Of a DNA stretch of 43,135 nt, positions 17,484-26,435 are shown piece after piece. The notes beneath the pieces were generated by a model. The model did not search any database and had not been told where the DNA came from. It saw nothing but the letters and a program-made list of their open reading frames with translations. The translations under genes were made by a program, and so were the position numbers. Position 1 is the first letter of the stretch, and the number at the start of each line of letters is the position of its first letter. Source of the DNA: Clostridia bacterium (GTDB taxonomy: Bacteria > Bacillota > Clostridia > Oscillospirales > CAG-272). The stretch lies in contig JAFSUT010000032.1 of the NCBI GenBank assembly GCA_017445085.1, positions 1 through 43,135 of the forward strand, given 5' to 3'.

Positions 17484-19985
17484 TCACAGGTACTTTCCCG
17501 TCACGCTTGCGGGATCGTTTTTGATCTTCTCCGGCGTGCCGACGGCAATCACGCGCCCGCCGAGTTCTCCGCCGCCCGGTCCCATATCAATGATATAATC
17601 GGCGTTTTTGATGACGTCAAGATCGTGCTCGATAACGATGACCGTCGCCCCCGCCGCAACCAGCGTGCGAAATACCGAAAGCAGGGTCTCCACGTCCAGC
17701 GGATGCAGCCCGATGGTCGGCTCGTCAAAGACGAACACCGTGTCCTCCTGCCCCCTGCCCATCTCCCCGGCGAGTTTCAGCCGCTGGGCTTCCCCGCCCG
17801 AAAGACCGGGCGTTTCTTCACCGAGGGTGAGATAGCCGAGTCCCAGCGCCGAGAGCACTTCAAGTTTGCGTTTGACCGGCGGCAGATCCCGGCAGACATC
17901 GACCGCCTCATCCACGCTCATATCCATCAGCGCGGGCAGGGAGTATCCGCGCTGCCCTCCCTTCGGCGTGCGGCAGATCAAACTTGCCTCGCGGCCGTAG
18001 CGCGAACCGCCGCAGTCGGGGCAAGGGATATCCACGTCCGGCAAAAACTGCACGTCCAGGCTGATGGCGCCCGTCCCGTCGCAGGTCGGACAGCGCAGCC
18101 GCCCCGTGTTGTAGGAAAAATCGCCCGCCCCAAAGCCCCCGGCTTTGGCGTCCGCACAGCGCGCATATGCCTTGCGCAGTTCATCGTGGACGTCGGCGTA
18201 GGTCGCCACGGTAGAGCGCACGTTGACCCCGATCGGCGTGGCGTCGATCAGTTTGACCCGGCGGATGCCGTCCGCCTTGACCGCCTTTACGTGCGCGGGG
18301 GCGGCGGTGCCCCCGATTTCGGCTTCCAGCGCAGGGATCAGACTTTCAAGCACCATGGTCGTTTTCCCCGAGCCGGATACGCCGGTGACCGCCACCAGCC
18401 GCCCTTTCGGAAAATCAACTTCCAGCGGTTTGACCGTGTGGATCTCCGCCGTGGACAGATGGATCTTTCCAAGGGCAAAGACCTCGCCGCCCGCGGCGCG
18501 TCCGCCCACGTCCACCGTCCGTTTGCCCGACAAAAAGCCGCCGATGCGCGAGTTTTCGTTTTCCGCAACGTCCGCCACCGTTCCCGCGGCGATCACGCTG
18601 CCGCCGCCGGCGCCCGCGCCCGGTCCCATTTCGATCAACCAGTCGGCGCGACGCAAAACGTTGGTATCGTGATCGACCAGCACCACCGTATTGCCGTCCG
18701 CCAAAAGGTCGTCCATCACGCCGTACAGCCCCTCAAGGTTGGACGGATGCAGACCGATGGACGGCTCGTCCAGCACGTAGAGTACGCCCGTGGTGCGGTT
18801 GCGCACGGCGCGGGCAAGCTGCATCCGCTGGCGCTCCCCCGTGGAGAGCGTGGACGCGGCGCGATCCAGCGTGAGATAGGAAAGCCCGAGGTCACAAAGG
18901 CGCTTCGCCGCCCCGAAAAACGAGGCGCAAATGCTCTCTGCCATCGGGCGCATCTCCGGCGGAAGAGAGGACGGCACGCCATCTGCAAACGAGATCGCCG
19001 CCGCAAGCGTCATTTTGCAGACGTCGGCAAGCGAGATCCCGCAAAGGCGCGGGGCGCGCGCGGCGTCCGAAAGGCGCGTACCGCCGCAATCGGGGCAAAT
19101 ATCCTGCCGCAAAAATTTTTCCACGCGCTTCATTCCCTTTTCGTCCTTGACGCGGGCAAGTGCGTTTTCCACCGTATATTTGGCGTTGAAGTAGGTAAAC
19201 ATCATATCGCCCGCTTCGCCCGTCGTCTTATTTTGATAGACGACGTTTCGCTTTTCGGCAGGGCCGTTGAACACGATGTCCCGCTCGCGCGCGGTCAGAT
19301 CCTTGAACGGCACGTCGGTACGCACGCCCATCTCGCGGGCAATATCCTTCATCAGCGACCACATCAGCGTTTGCCAAGGCGCGACCGCGCCCTCGTCGAT
19401 GGTGAGGTTTTCATCGGGGACGAGCGTGGATTCATCCACCGTCCGTACAACGCCGGTGCCGTCGCACCTTTTGCACGCGCCCTGACTGTTAAACGCAAGT
19501 TCCTCCGCGCCCGGGGCAAAAAAACTTTCGCCGCAGGTCGGACAGACCAGCGGGCGTTCCGCCGCCACGTTCATCGACGGCGGCAGATAATGCCCGTTTT
19601 TACAGCGGTGACTTGCCAGGCGCGAAAACATCGGGCGCAAAATATTGAGCAGTTCGGTCCCCGTACCAAACGTACTGCGGATGCCGGGGACGCCCGGACG
19701 CTGCCGCAGGGCAAGCGCCGCAGGGACGTACAAAACCTCGTCCACCTGCGCCTTTTCCGCCTGGGTCATCCGGCGGCGCGTGTAGGTGGACAGCGATTCC
19801 AGATACCGGCGCGAGCCCTCCGCGTACAAAATGCCGAGCGCCAGCGAGGATTTGCCCGAGCCGGACACGCCCGCGATGCCGCACAGTTTGCCGAGCGGGA
19901 TATCCACGTTGATATTTTTCAAATTATGAACTCTGCCGCCGCGCACCTGGATATGACTCGGCGATTTCTTTGTATTCTGCTCCAT
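17484..19985 (-). CDS. uvrA: UvrA-family ABC ATPase (probably a class II paralog)
   Basis: VHNLKNI, GVSGSGKSSLA, zinc-finger Cys pairs, LSTGERQR, DEPSIGLH, second GVSGSGKT, LSGGEAQRLKLA; 833 aa, shorter than canonical UvrA. Confidence 0.85.
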   Translation of the reverse strand: MEQNTKKSPSHIQVRGGRVHNLKNINVDIPLGKLCGIAGVSGSGKSSLALGILYAEGSRRYLESLSTYTRRRMTQAEKAQVDEVLYVPAALALRQRPGVPGIRSTFGTGTELLNILRPMFSRLASHRCKNGHYLPPSMNVAAERPLVCPTCGESFFAPGAEELAFNSQGACKRCDGTGVVRTVDESTLVPDENLTIDEGAVAPWQTLMWSLMKDIAREMGVRTDVPFKDLTARERDIVFNGPAEKRNVVYQNKTTGEAGDMMFTYFNAKYTVENALARVKDEKGMKRVEKFLRQDICPDCGGTRLSDAARAPRLCGISLADVCKMTLAAAISFADGVPSSLPPEMRPMAESICASFFGAAKRLCDLGLSYLTLDRAASTLSTGERQRMQLARAVRNRTTGVLYVLDEPSIGLHPSNLEGLYGVMDDLLADGNTVVLVDHDTNVLRRADWLIEMGPGAGAGGGSVIAAGTVADVAENENSRIGGFLSGKRTVDVGGRAAGGEVFALGKIHLSTAEIHTVKPLEVDFPKGRLVAVTGVSGSGKTTMVLESLIPALEAEIGGTAAPAHVKAVKADGIRRVKLIDATPIGVNVRSTVATYADVHDELRKAYARCADAKAGGFGAGDFSYNTGRLRCPTCDGTGAISLDVQFLPDVDIPCPDCGGSRYGREASLICRTPKGGQRGYSLPALMDMSVDEAVDVCRDLPPVKRKLEVLSALGLGYLTLGEETPGLSGGEAQRLKLAGEMGRGQEDTVFVFDEPTIGLHPLDVETLLSVFRTLVAAGATVIVIEHDLDVIKNADYIIDMGPGGGELGGRVIAVGTPEKIKNDPASVTGKYL

Positions 19986-20138
19986 AGGTTCTCCGAAATT
20001 TTCAAAATTTTTCCTGTTTTTCCAAAATTATATATACCATAAACGGGATAAAAAAGCAAGCGGAGAATGCTTTGGAAACTCTGCCTTAAATTTTGCCGTT
20101 TTTGCGCGCGGATCTTGCCGTTTTGGAAATCATTACAT

Positions 20139-20167
20139 TTGAAACGCGGCGTTTTCTCTGCTATAAT
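20139..20167 (+). promoter_or_regulatory. Strong sigma-A promoter (extended -10)
   Basis: TTGAAA-N17-TATAAT with TG at 20159-20160. Confidence 0.8.
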
Positions 20168-20212
20168 GGAGTTGTCCTCGAGAGACAAATCCGGTTAGGA
20201 GGTATGTATATA

Positions 20213-20299
20213 ATGTGTAATTTCAATTTGAACTGCAGCGCGTGGAATTGCAACTCGATATGGCAGCTTCTTTGCTCGCTGATCGGCTGCGGCTGCTGA
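20213..20299 (+). CDS. Small cysteine-rich peptide (28 aa, MCNFNLNCSAWNCNSIWQLLCSLIGCGC)
   Basis: AGGAGGT SD at 20197-20203, 9 nt before the ATG; own promoter and downstream terminator; 6 Cys. Confidence 0.7.
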   Translation: MCNFNLNCSAWNCNSIWQLLCSLIGCGC

Positions 20300-20353
20300 A
20301 ACGCTTTGCGGTAAATTCCCCATTCGTTTTTACGGTAGTACATTGAATACACG

Positions 20354-20396
20354 GGCAGCCTCACCGCACGGCGCGGTGAGGCTGTCTCCTTTTTTT
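20354..20396 (+). terminator. Intrinsic terminator after the small peptide
   Basis: 14-bp stem GGCAGCCTCACCGC/GCGGTGAGGCTGTC, then TCC and a T7 run. Confidence 0.75.
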
Positions 20397-20407
20397 AGGA
20401 GGTAAAT

Positions 20408-21013
20408 ATGAAAAAGATCCTTACGCTTTGTATGTCGGCGCTCCTCTTTTTGTCGGTCGCCGCTTCGGCGTCCGCCGCCGACGTCTTTTATACGGTGGTG
20501 CGCGGCGACAGTTTGTGGAAGATCGCCGTGCGGCACGAAATCGGCGTCAGTGAGATCATCGCCGCCAATCCGCAGATCCAAAACCCGAATTTGATCTATC
20601 CCGGCAATATCGTGCGCGTTCCCTTGCAGGATGCCGGCGTCGCCGCCTATGAGGACGAAGTTATCCGCCTTGTCAATGCGGAGCGGGCGCGGTACGGGCT
20701 GAGTCCCTTATCCAAAAATTGGGAACTCTGCCGCGTGGCGCGTTACAAATCGCAGGACATGGCGGACAGGCGCTACTTTTCGCACACGAGCCCGACCTAC
20801 GGCTCGCCGTTTCAGATGATGAAATCTTTCGGCATCACCTACCGCGCGGCGGGTGAAAACATCGCCTACGGTCAGCGGACGCCGCAAGAGGTCGTCAACG
20901 CCTGGATGAACTCACCGGGACACAGGGCAAACATCTTAAACGCCGCCTTTACCGAGATCGGCGTCGGGTACGTGGCAAGCGGGAACTACTGGACGCAGAT
21001 GTTTATCGGATAA
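20408..21013 (+). CDS. SafA/ExsA-type LysM + CAP(SCP) domain secreted protein
   Basis: Signal peptide; LysM YTVVRGDSLWKIA...NPQIQNPNLIYPG; CAP domain KSQDM..YFSHTSPTYGSPF, GENIA, WMNSPGHRANIL. Confidence 0.9.
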   Translation: MKKILTLCMSALLFLSVAASASAADVFYTVVRGDSLWKIAVRHEIGVSEIIAANPQIQNPNLIYPGNIVRVPLQDAGVAAYEDEVIRLVNAERARYGLSPLSKNWELCRVARYKSQDMADRRYFSHTSPTYGSPFQMMKSFGITYRAAGENIAYGQRTPQEVVNAWMNSPGHRANILNAAFTEIGVGYVASGNYWTQMFIG

Positions 21014-21018
21014 AACAT

Positions 21019-21057
21019 AAAACAAGGGTGGGGCAAATGCCCCGCCCTTGTTTTTTT
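21019..21057. terminator. Bidirectional terminator
   Basis: AAAACAAGGGTGGGGC / GCCCCGCCCTTGTTTT. Confidence 0.85.
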
Positions 21058-21084
21058 ATCGTGCGGAAAAACGCATACCATCCT

Positions 21085-23244
21085 TTACTTTCTGCCAAAA
21101 AGCGATTTGAAGAAATTTCCGATCGCATCCAAAATATTGAAAAACCAGTTGGATTTTTGTTCGGTCTTCGGCGCCGACTTTGCATCGGCGGCGCCGCTCT
21201 GTGACGGATTCGTCTTTTCTTCGGTCTTTTGGGATGTTTTTGCGTCTTTGGCGCTTTCCCCGCCGACATGATTGCTTTCGGAAGAAGGTTGCTGTGCGGC
21301 AGTTTCACCGCCTGCCGCGGGCGTTTTTTCGCTCTCCCGCGACTGTGCCGACGCCTCTGTCTTGCCGCCGTTTTGCTTGCCGCCGACCGTGCCGTCAGAA
21401 GTCTTCGGGGCGTTGGCGCCGGGGGCTGTGGGCTGTGCCGACGGTGTGGGAATCTGTATGTCGGTAGACGGCGCCGACGGTGCGGTTGCCGCAGGCGCCG
21501 ACGGCGTTACTTCCACGTCCGACGTCAGCCCGCCGCTCTGCATCTGTCCGTCCGCAGGGCGCGGGAACTGTCCCTGTTCGCCGCCCGGGAACTGTCCGTC
21601 TATGGGCGCCTGTCCCTGTTCGCCGCCCGGGAACTGTCCGTCTATGGGCGCCTGTCTCTGTTCGCCGCCCGGGAACTGTCCCTCTGTGGGGCGCTGTCCC
21701 TGTCTGCCGCCGGGCATCCGTCCCTGATTTGCGCCGGGGAATTGTCCCTCTGCGGGCATCTGTCCTTGTGTGCCGCCGGGGAATTGTCCCTGTCTGCCGC
21801 CCATATTGCCCATACCCATGCCGCCGACCGAAGTCGTGCCGGCGGTGGCGGTGGCTGCCGTTTCGCTGCCGACCTTGAGCGTATACGACGCGCCCGAGGT
21901 CAAGGCGGGGCTTGCAAAGAGGATATAACTTGCGTTTCTGACCGCTTTTGCCTCATACAGCACCGTCCCTTTCTCGTCGGTGATTTGGAAGCTGCCGCCC
22001 GCGCTGACCAGTGCGGTCTGCGCACCGCCAAAGCCGCCCATTCTGCCGCCCATCATGCCGGTCGTACTGTCAAACGTCAGGTAAGGCGTATCGGCGGTGT
22101 ATCCCTGCATCATACCGAGGTGACCGACCGCAAGGACGGTCGCACCCTTAAAGTTTGTGCCGGTTTCGGCGTCGAGCGGATCGCCGTCCCCCTGCGATGG
22201 CGCATAAACTTCCAGCGTGCCGCCGCAGAGATTGATGGCGCCGTTGGAATCCACGCCGTCCCCCGCGGTGACGTTGATGTAAACGCTTCCGCCGTACTGA
22301 TTGTAAGCAAAACTATAATTCGTCAGGTCGGAATTTGCCGCATTGACGCCGTCGTCGGTGGCGTTGACCGTGATGTTGCCCGAATAGATATTGAGCGTTG
22401 CCGCCTCTATCCCCTCTTTCGACTTTACAACGTTTACGGTGGGTCCCGCCGTGCCGTCTGCGCCGATATTCATCACGTAGTCGCATTTGACGCCGTCGTC
22501 CGCCGCGGATACCGTGACGTTGCCGGAAAGGATGTTGAGTTCTTTATCGGCTTTGAGCCCATCGCCGACGGTTGCGGTGATGTTCAGCGTCAGATCACGG
22601 ATCGTCAGCGACGCCGTGGAGAGGAGCGTATCGGTGGCGTTGCCGTCGGCATCTTCTTCGTAGAGATCAGCGCCGCCTTTGACGCCGTTTTTGCCGTTTG
22701 CCGTGACACTCAAAGTACCGCTGCCGCAAAGGGTGACGTTTGCGCCGTCCTTGCACTTGATGACCGCGTTTTCAATGTCCGGATACAGCGCCGCATCGGT
22801 ATAAATATCGTCGTTGTTGTACTTGTCGTCGGCGAGGTGATTGACCGTGCCCGCCGCCGCGACGATCTTGACCTCGCTGCCCTTGTTGCAGGTCAGGGGC
22901 GCGGTCGCAGACGCCGTGAGTGTGAGCCCGTTCAGCACCAGGGTGACGCCGGTGACGTTTTTCTTTATGACGATACTGCCGTCCTCACAGGCGCCGGAGA
23001 GGATATACGTGCCGGCCTCTTTGATGGTCAGCGACGTGCCGTCGATCTTGTAGCCGCTGTACGTCCCCTCGTTTACCGTGATCCCCGCGGCGGTGAAAAC
23101 AAAACTCGTTGCCCCCGCGGCGGTATATTCACTCTGTGTGGCAGTTTGCCCCGCGGCAAACACCGCCGTGGAAAACAAGAGGAGCGCCGCAAGCAAAAGC
23201 GCGCCGAGGCGAAGGTGTTTCATCGTTGATTTTTGGATTTTCAT
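21085..23244 (-). CDS. Cthe_2159-family (DUF4353) carbohydrate-binding beta-helix protein with Gln/Gly/Pro-rich linker
   Basis: Signal peptide; TLTIKEAGTYILSG, LVLNGLTL, DGLKA, DDGVKC, EGIEA, DDGVNAA, GDGVDSNG repeats; low-complexity tail; amphipathic C-terminus. Confidence 0.85.
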   Translation of the reverse strand: MKIQKSTMKHLRLGALLLAALLLFSTAVFAAGQTATQSEYTAAGATSFVFTAAGITVNEGTYSGYKIDGTSLTIKEAGTYILSGACEDGSIVIKKNVTGVTLVLNGLTLTASATAPLTCNKGSEVKIVAAAGTVNHLADDKYNNDDIYTDAALYPDIENAVIKCKDGANVTLCGSGTLSVTANGKNGVKGGADLYEEDADGNATDTLLSTASLTIRDLTLNITATVGDGLKADKELNILSGNVTVSAADDGVKCDYVMNIGADGTAGPTVNVVKSKEGIEAATLNIYSGNITVNATDDGVNAANSDLTNYSFAYNQYGGSVYINVTAGDGVDSNGAINLCGGTLEVYAPSQGDGDPLDAETGTNFKGATVLAVGHLGMMQGYTADTPYLTFDSTTGMMGGRMGGFGGAQTALVSAGGSFQITDEKGTVLYEAKAVRNASYILFASPALTSGASYTLKVGSETAATATAGTTSVGGMGMGNMGGRQGQFPGGTQGQMPAEGQFPGANQGRMPGGRQGQRPTEGQFPGGEQRQAPIDGQFPGGEQGQAPIDGQFPGGEQGQFPRPADGQMQSGGLTSDVEVTPSAPAATAPSAPSTDIQIPTPSAQPTAPGANAPKTSDGTVGGKQNGGKTEASAQSRESEKTPAAGGETAAQQPSSESNHVGGESAKDAKTSQKTEEKTNPSQSGAADAKSAPKTEQKSNWFFNILDAIGNFFKSLFGRK
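21562..21801 (-). repeat. Intragenic 42-bp tandem repeats encoding GQFPGGxQGQ-type units
   Basis: Identical 42-bp units at 21568-21609 and 21610-21651, a third near-identical unit at 21652-21693, then degenerate copies. Confidence 0.85.
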
Positions 23245-23282
23245 AGTCGTTTCCTCCGTTGTGATTTTTTCTTTCTGTCTTT

Positions 23283-23329
23283 ATTTTACGGCCAAAGATT
23301 GAAACTAAATTGAAGTTTTTTAATTTTTT
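23283..23329 (-). promoter_or_regulatory. Tandem TTCAAT-N5-TTCAAT box with -10 TAAAAT (site 1)
   Basis: Plus strand ATTGAA at 23298-23303 and 23309-23314; -10 at 23283-23288, 9 nt away. Confidence 0.75.
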
Positions 23330-24000
23330 CAAAGTTGATTTTGCGTTTCCGCATACGGCAAAAGCGCGATCTCAAGATTGCCGTTTTTCGTGCGGAGTTC
23401 GTCGATAAACGCCTTTTCCTCCGCGGGATCTTTCATCTGCACTTTATACGAAAGGCGGAACATACTGCCCATGCCGGTGGTTTTTACGCCGGCGTTTTCG
23501 ATTTTTTTCAGATAGCGGTCGAAAATATCGTCAAACGCGCCGTTGTACTCCAGCGACTCGGGGATCGTGATGCGGAGCAGTTGTTCCGCCGCGGCGGTCT
23601 TATGCTCAAACAACGGCGCCGCGCTGAGAAAGAAGAAGAGCGCCGCAAGCACGACGAGGATCACCACGCCGTAGGCGATATAACCCATACCAAAGGCGAT
23701 GCCCGACCCCATGGAGATCAGAATGGCGGCGATCTCATCCGCGCTCCCCTGCGCCGAGCGGAAGCGGATCAGTCCAAACGCACCGCCGATGGCAACGCCC
23801 GCGCCGATATTGCCGTTGACAAAGGTGATCACGGCGGCGACCACAAAGGGGAGCAGCGCCGTCACGATGAAAAACCGCTTGGTGGAACGAACGCGAAAAC
23901 TCATGATAAAGGCGTATACGAGCCCTGCCGCAAGCGCGGCGGCCGCCATGATGAAAAACTGCGCCGGCGTTACGGTGCCGGAATAAATCGACTGAAACAT
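23329..24000 (-). CDS. DUF4956 domain membrane protein
   Basis: VNGNIGAGVAIGGAFGLIRFRSAQGSADEI, LRITIPESLEY, FIDELRTKNGNLEI. Confidence 0.9.
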   Translation of the reverse strand: MFQSIYSGTVTPAQFFIMAAAALAAGLVYAFIMSFRVRSTKRFFIVTALLPFVVAAVITFVNGNIGAGVAIGGAFGLIRFRSAQGSADEIAAILISMGSGIAFGMGYIAYGVVILVVLAALFFFLSAAPLFEHKTAAAEQLLRITIPESLEYNGAFDDIFDRYLKKIENAGVKTTGMGSMFRLSYKVQMKDPAEEKAFIDELRTKNGNLEIALLPYAETQNQL

Positions 24001-24018
24001 ACCTATTCTCCTTTTCTG

Positions 24019-24714
24019 TTAAACGGCTTTTGCCCCGACAAGGCAACGGCTGTACGCCTCGCCGTATTTGGAAAAACTGCTTTTTTTGATCTTGCCCGCC
24101 GAGAGGATCCGGGCAAGCCATAGTGGCATCGCCCCTTCAAGTTTGATCTCCACGATCGTCTGTCCGTCCTCAAAAAACGGCGTGCCGTCAAGACTGTCCG
24201 TCAGGGTGAGGCGGTCTGTACGATAGCGCGGGCACTCGTCGATCGTGAGGCGGAGATCGCCGTCCGGCGCAAAATACGCAGTGCGGTCATAGAGGATCAG
24301 ACAGGTCGGCACCAGCGTTTTGTAATAGTCGCGAAACGCCGTCATCTCGCGGTCGATCTGCCCCTCGCCGAGATCTTCCCCACCGCTGAGAAACCGCTCT
24401 GCCTGCGGGATCGTCGTTTGCACGCGGCGCTTGTATACGACGTCGTACGCCTTGCGCTTCATCTCGAGAAAGACGGGCGAGGACGCGTCGGCAAGTCCGT
24501 AGGCACGCAGGCGCATCTTTTCCTTAAAGAGCGGCTTTTCCACACTCGTCCGGATCAGCCGAAAGTTCGGCGTATCGTAGTAGAGCGAGGCGATCGTCGT
24601 TTTACCGTAGTTGTCCGCCGCCATATAGCCGTCAAGGTGTTCTCTCAAAAATTCGGTCTGCGCCGCGGTCAGCAAATATTTCATCTCCACGCGCTGCATT
24701 ACCGTGATTGCCAT
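24019..24714 (-). CDS. VTC-domain (polyphosphate polymerase / CYTH-like) protein
   Basis: RVEMKYLL, IASLYYDT, KEKMRLRAY, FLEMKRK, YKRR, YDRTAY, LRLTID, EIK, SFSKYG. Confidence 0.9.
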   Translation of the reverse strand: MAITVMQRVEMKYLLTAAQTEFLREHLDGYMAADNYGKTTIASLYYDTPNFRLIRTSVEKPLFKEKMRLRAYGLADASSPVFLEMKRKAYDVVYKRRVQTTIPQAERFLSGGEDLGEGQIDREMTAFRDYYKTLVPTCLILYDRTAYFAPDGDLRLTIDECPRYRTDRLTLTDSLDGTPFFEDGQTIVEIKLEGAMPLWLARILSAGKIKKSSFSKYGEAYSRCLVGAKAV

Positions 24715-24733
24715 ACGTATTCCTCCTTTGAAT

Positions 24734-26329
24734 TTATCGGGACGTCACAGGCTGGTCGCTGTAACATGCCGTGCCGCCGTAGGTCTCCGAATTTGTAAAC
24801 GTATACGAAACGCCGCCGATCTCCACCGTGTGCGTGCCCTCCGTATGCAAATCAAGCGCATACGAAGGCAGATCTCCCTTTGGCAAAGTCGCGCCGCCGA
24901 GGACGATCAGCGTGCCGCCGGATACCGTCACGTCGCCGTCGGCGTCCAGCGCCGCCGCAGCCGCGCCGGACGGGCCGCGCGTGATCACCACGCCGCCCGA
25001 CTGCACGTAGTCGCCGTTTGTGTCGATGCCGTCGGTGTCTTTTGTCGGCGAGACCTCCACGTCCAGATATCCGCCGCAAATTTCGACGCGGGGCGCCTCG
25101 GCGCCCTTGCAGGCGTTGACGCCGTCGTCGCCGGCGCGGATCGTCGTCCTGCCGCCGAGAATGCGGATGACGTTGGCTTCCAGCCCCTCATAGGCGCTCT
25201 CTATCGTGACTCTCCCGCCCGAGATCTCAAGCACGCCGTCGGCGTGGACGGCGTCCGCGCCGTAGGCTGTCTGCGCCGCGGCGGCGCTTTTGTGCTCCGC
25301 CGCGGTTTTGTTTTCGGGGGTGGAAACGCACATCACGACCTTGCCGCCCGAGAGCAGGATATCGCCTTTGCCGACGCCGCCGGCGGCAAAAATCTTGCCG
25401 CTGTCGGCGTGCAGCCCGTCGTCGTCGCAAAAGAGGGTGATCTCGCCGTCCGCCACGCGCACTTCGTTTTGCGCCTTGACGCCCTTGTAGGAGGTCGTCG
25501 TCACGTCGGAAGCGGTATAACCGCTGCAGGCGCCGGTATACACCGTCACCGTCGGGGCGCCGCCGTCCGCCTGCGCCGTCATTTCAAAATCGTGCGCCGC
25601 CGAAAAGCCGTCGCCTGCGGCGTAAACGGTGATCTCGCCGCCCGAGAGCAGGACGTCGCCGCGGACTTTGCCGCTCTTGTTCAAATCTGTATTCTCGGTT
25701 TTGACGCCGTCGCCCGTTTTCGACGCGGCGACAAGCCTGCCGCCCGTCACGGTGACCGAGTCGCCGCCGCAGATCGCCGCGCCGCGGGCAACGACTTTTA
25801 AGGAAAGATTTTGGATCACAAGATCCTTTGTCGTCACGATGCCGCTCCCCGCGCCGCCGTCCACAACAAGGATACCGTGTCCCTTGATCTTGAGGTCGCA
25901 GGCGGCGCTGATCGCGCCCTCTGTCTGTGCGGCGATTTGCACTGTGCGGGTATCTTCGATCACGTTTTCGGTCCCCCGCACGGCGGAGATCTCGGTCTTA
26001 CCTGCCGTGCGTACCTCGATCGGCGCGCCCTGTCCGCAGGTGACGGTGGCGCCGGCAAGCTGCAGGACGACTTCGTCGTTTTCTCCGGCGTCCACCACGA
26101 TCCGTCCGTCGAGCAGTCCTTTTGCCGTGTAGGTCCCCGCCGAGGTGATCGTATACACGCCGTCCGCACGCTCCACGGCGCCGTCTCCCGTTTGCAGGGA
26201 AAACGCGCCGGTGACTTTATCCGCGCTGACGGTCGTATCCACCGCCGAAGCTTCCCCGTCCCGCGCGCCGCAGGCGGCAAGCGCAAGCGCCAGTGCGGCG
26301 GCGCTCAAAATCGCAATGCCTTTTTTCAT
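24734..26329 (-). CDS. Cthe_2159-family (DUF4353) carbohydrate-binding lipoprotein
   Basis: Lipobox LAAC; YTITSAGTY, GDGVKT, DDGLHAD, YEGLEA, DDGVNA, DGIDTNG. Confidence 0.85.
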   Translation of the reverse strand: MKKGIAILSAAALALALAACGARDGEASAVDTTVSADKVTGAFSLQTGDGAVERADGVYTITSAGTYTAKGLLDGRIVVDAGENDEVVLQLAGATVTCGQGAPIEVRTAGKTEISAVRGTENVIEDTRTVQIAAQTEGAISAACDLKIKGHGILVVDGGAGSGIVTTKDLVIQNLSLKVVARGAAICGGDSVTVTGGRLVAASKTGDGVKTENTDLNKSGKVRGDVLLSGGEITVYAAGDGFSAAHDFEMTAQADGGAPTVTVYTGACSGYTASDVTTTSYKGVKAQNEVRVADGEITLFCDDDGLHADSGKIFAAGGVGKGDILLSGGKVVMCVSTPENKTAAEHKSAAAAQTAYGADAVHADGVLEISGGRVTIESAYEGLEANVIRILGGRTTIRAGDDGVNACKGAEAPRVEICGGYLDVEVSPTKDTDGIDTNGDYVQSGGVVITRGPSGAAAAALDADGDVTVSGGTLIVLGGATLPKGDLPSYALDLHTEGTHTVEIGGVSYTFTNSETYGGTACYSDQPVTSR

Positions 26330-26383
26330 ACCGTCATCTCCTTTGGAGAATAAAAATCTCCTCTGTATTTGTCCTTACTTAAC

Positions 26384-26430
26384 AATATACAGAGGAGGAT
26401 TGAAAAAAGATTGAAGTTTTTTAATTTTTT
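26384..26430 (-). promoter_or_regulatory. Tandem TTCAAT-N5-TTCAAT box with -10 TATATT (site 2)
   Basis: Plus strand ATTGAA at 26399-26404 and 26410-26415; -10 at 26384-26389, 9 nt away; shares a 21-mer with site 1. Confidence 0.75.
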
Positions 26431-26435
26431 TATTT

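Noticed and set aside
17298-20042. 914-aa plus-strand ORF, and similar long antisense ORFs (228-1250, 3064-5304, 6338-7957, 12337-13908, 21229-23229, 36554-38887)
   Set aside because: They lie opposite clearly recognisable genes, lack motifs and RBSs, and are the shadow ORFs expected in GC-rich coding DNA.
20213-20299. SCIFF/ranthipeptide precursor
   Set aside because: It has six Cys but the length and sequence do not match SCIFF (no CQSACKTSC-like core), and no radical SAM gene is adjacent; kept only as an unknown peptide.
21562-21801. CRISPR array
   Set aside because: The repeats are contiguous, in frame within a CDS and have no unique spacers; there are no cas genes.
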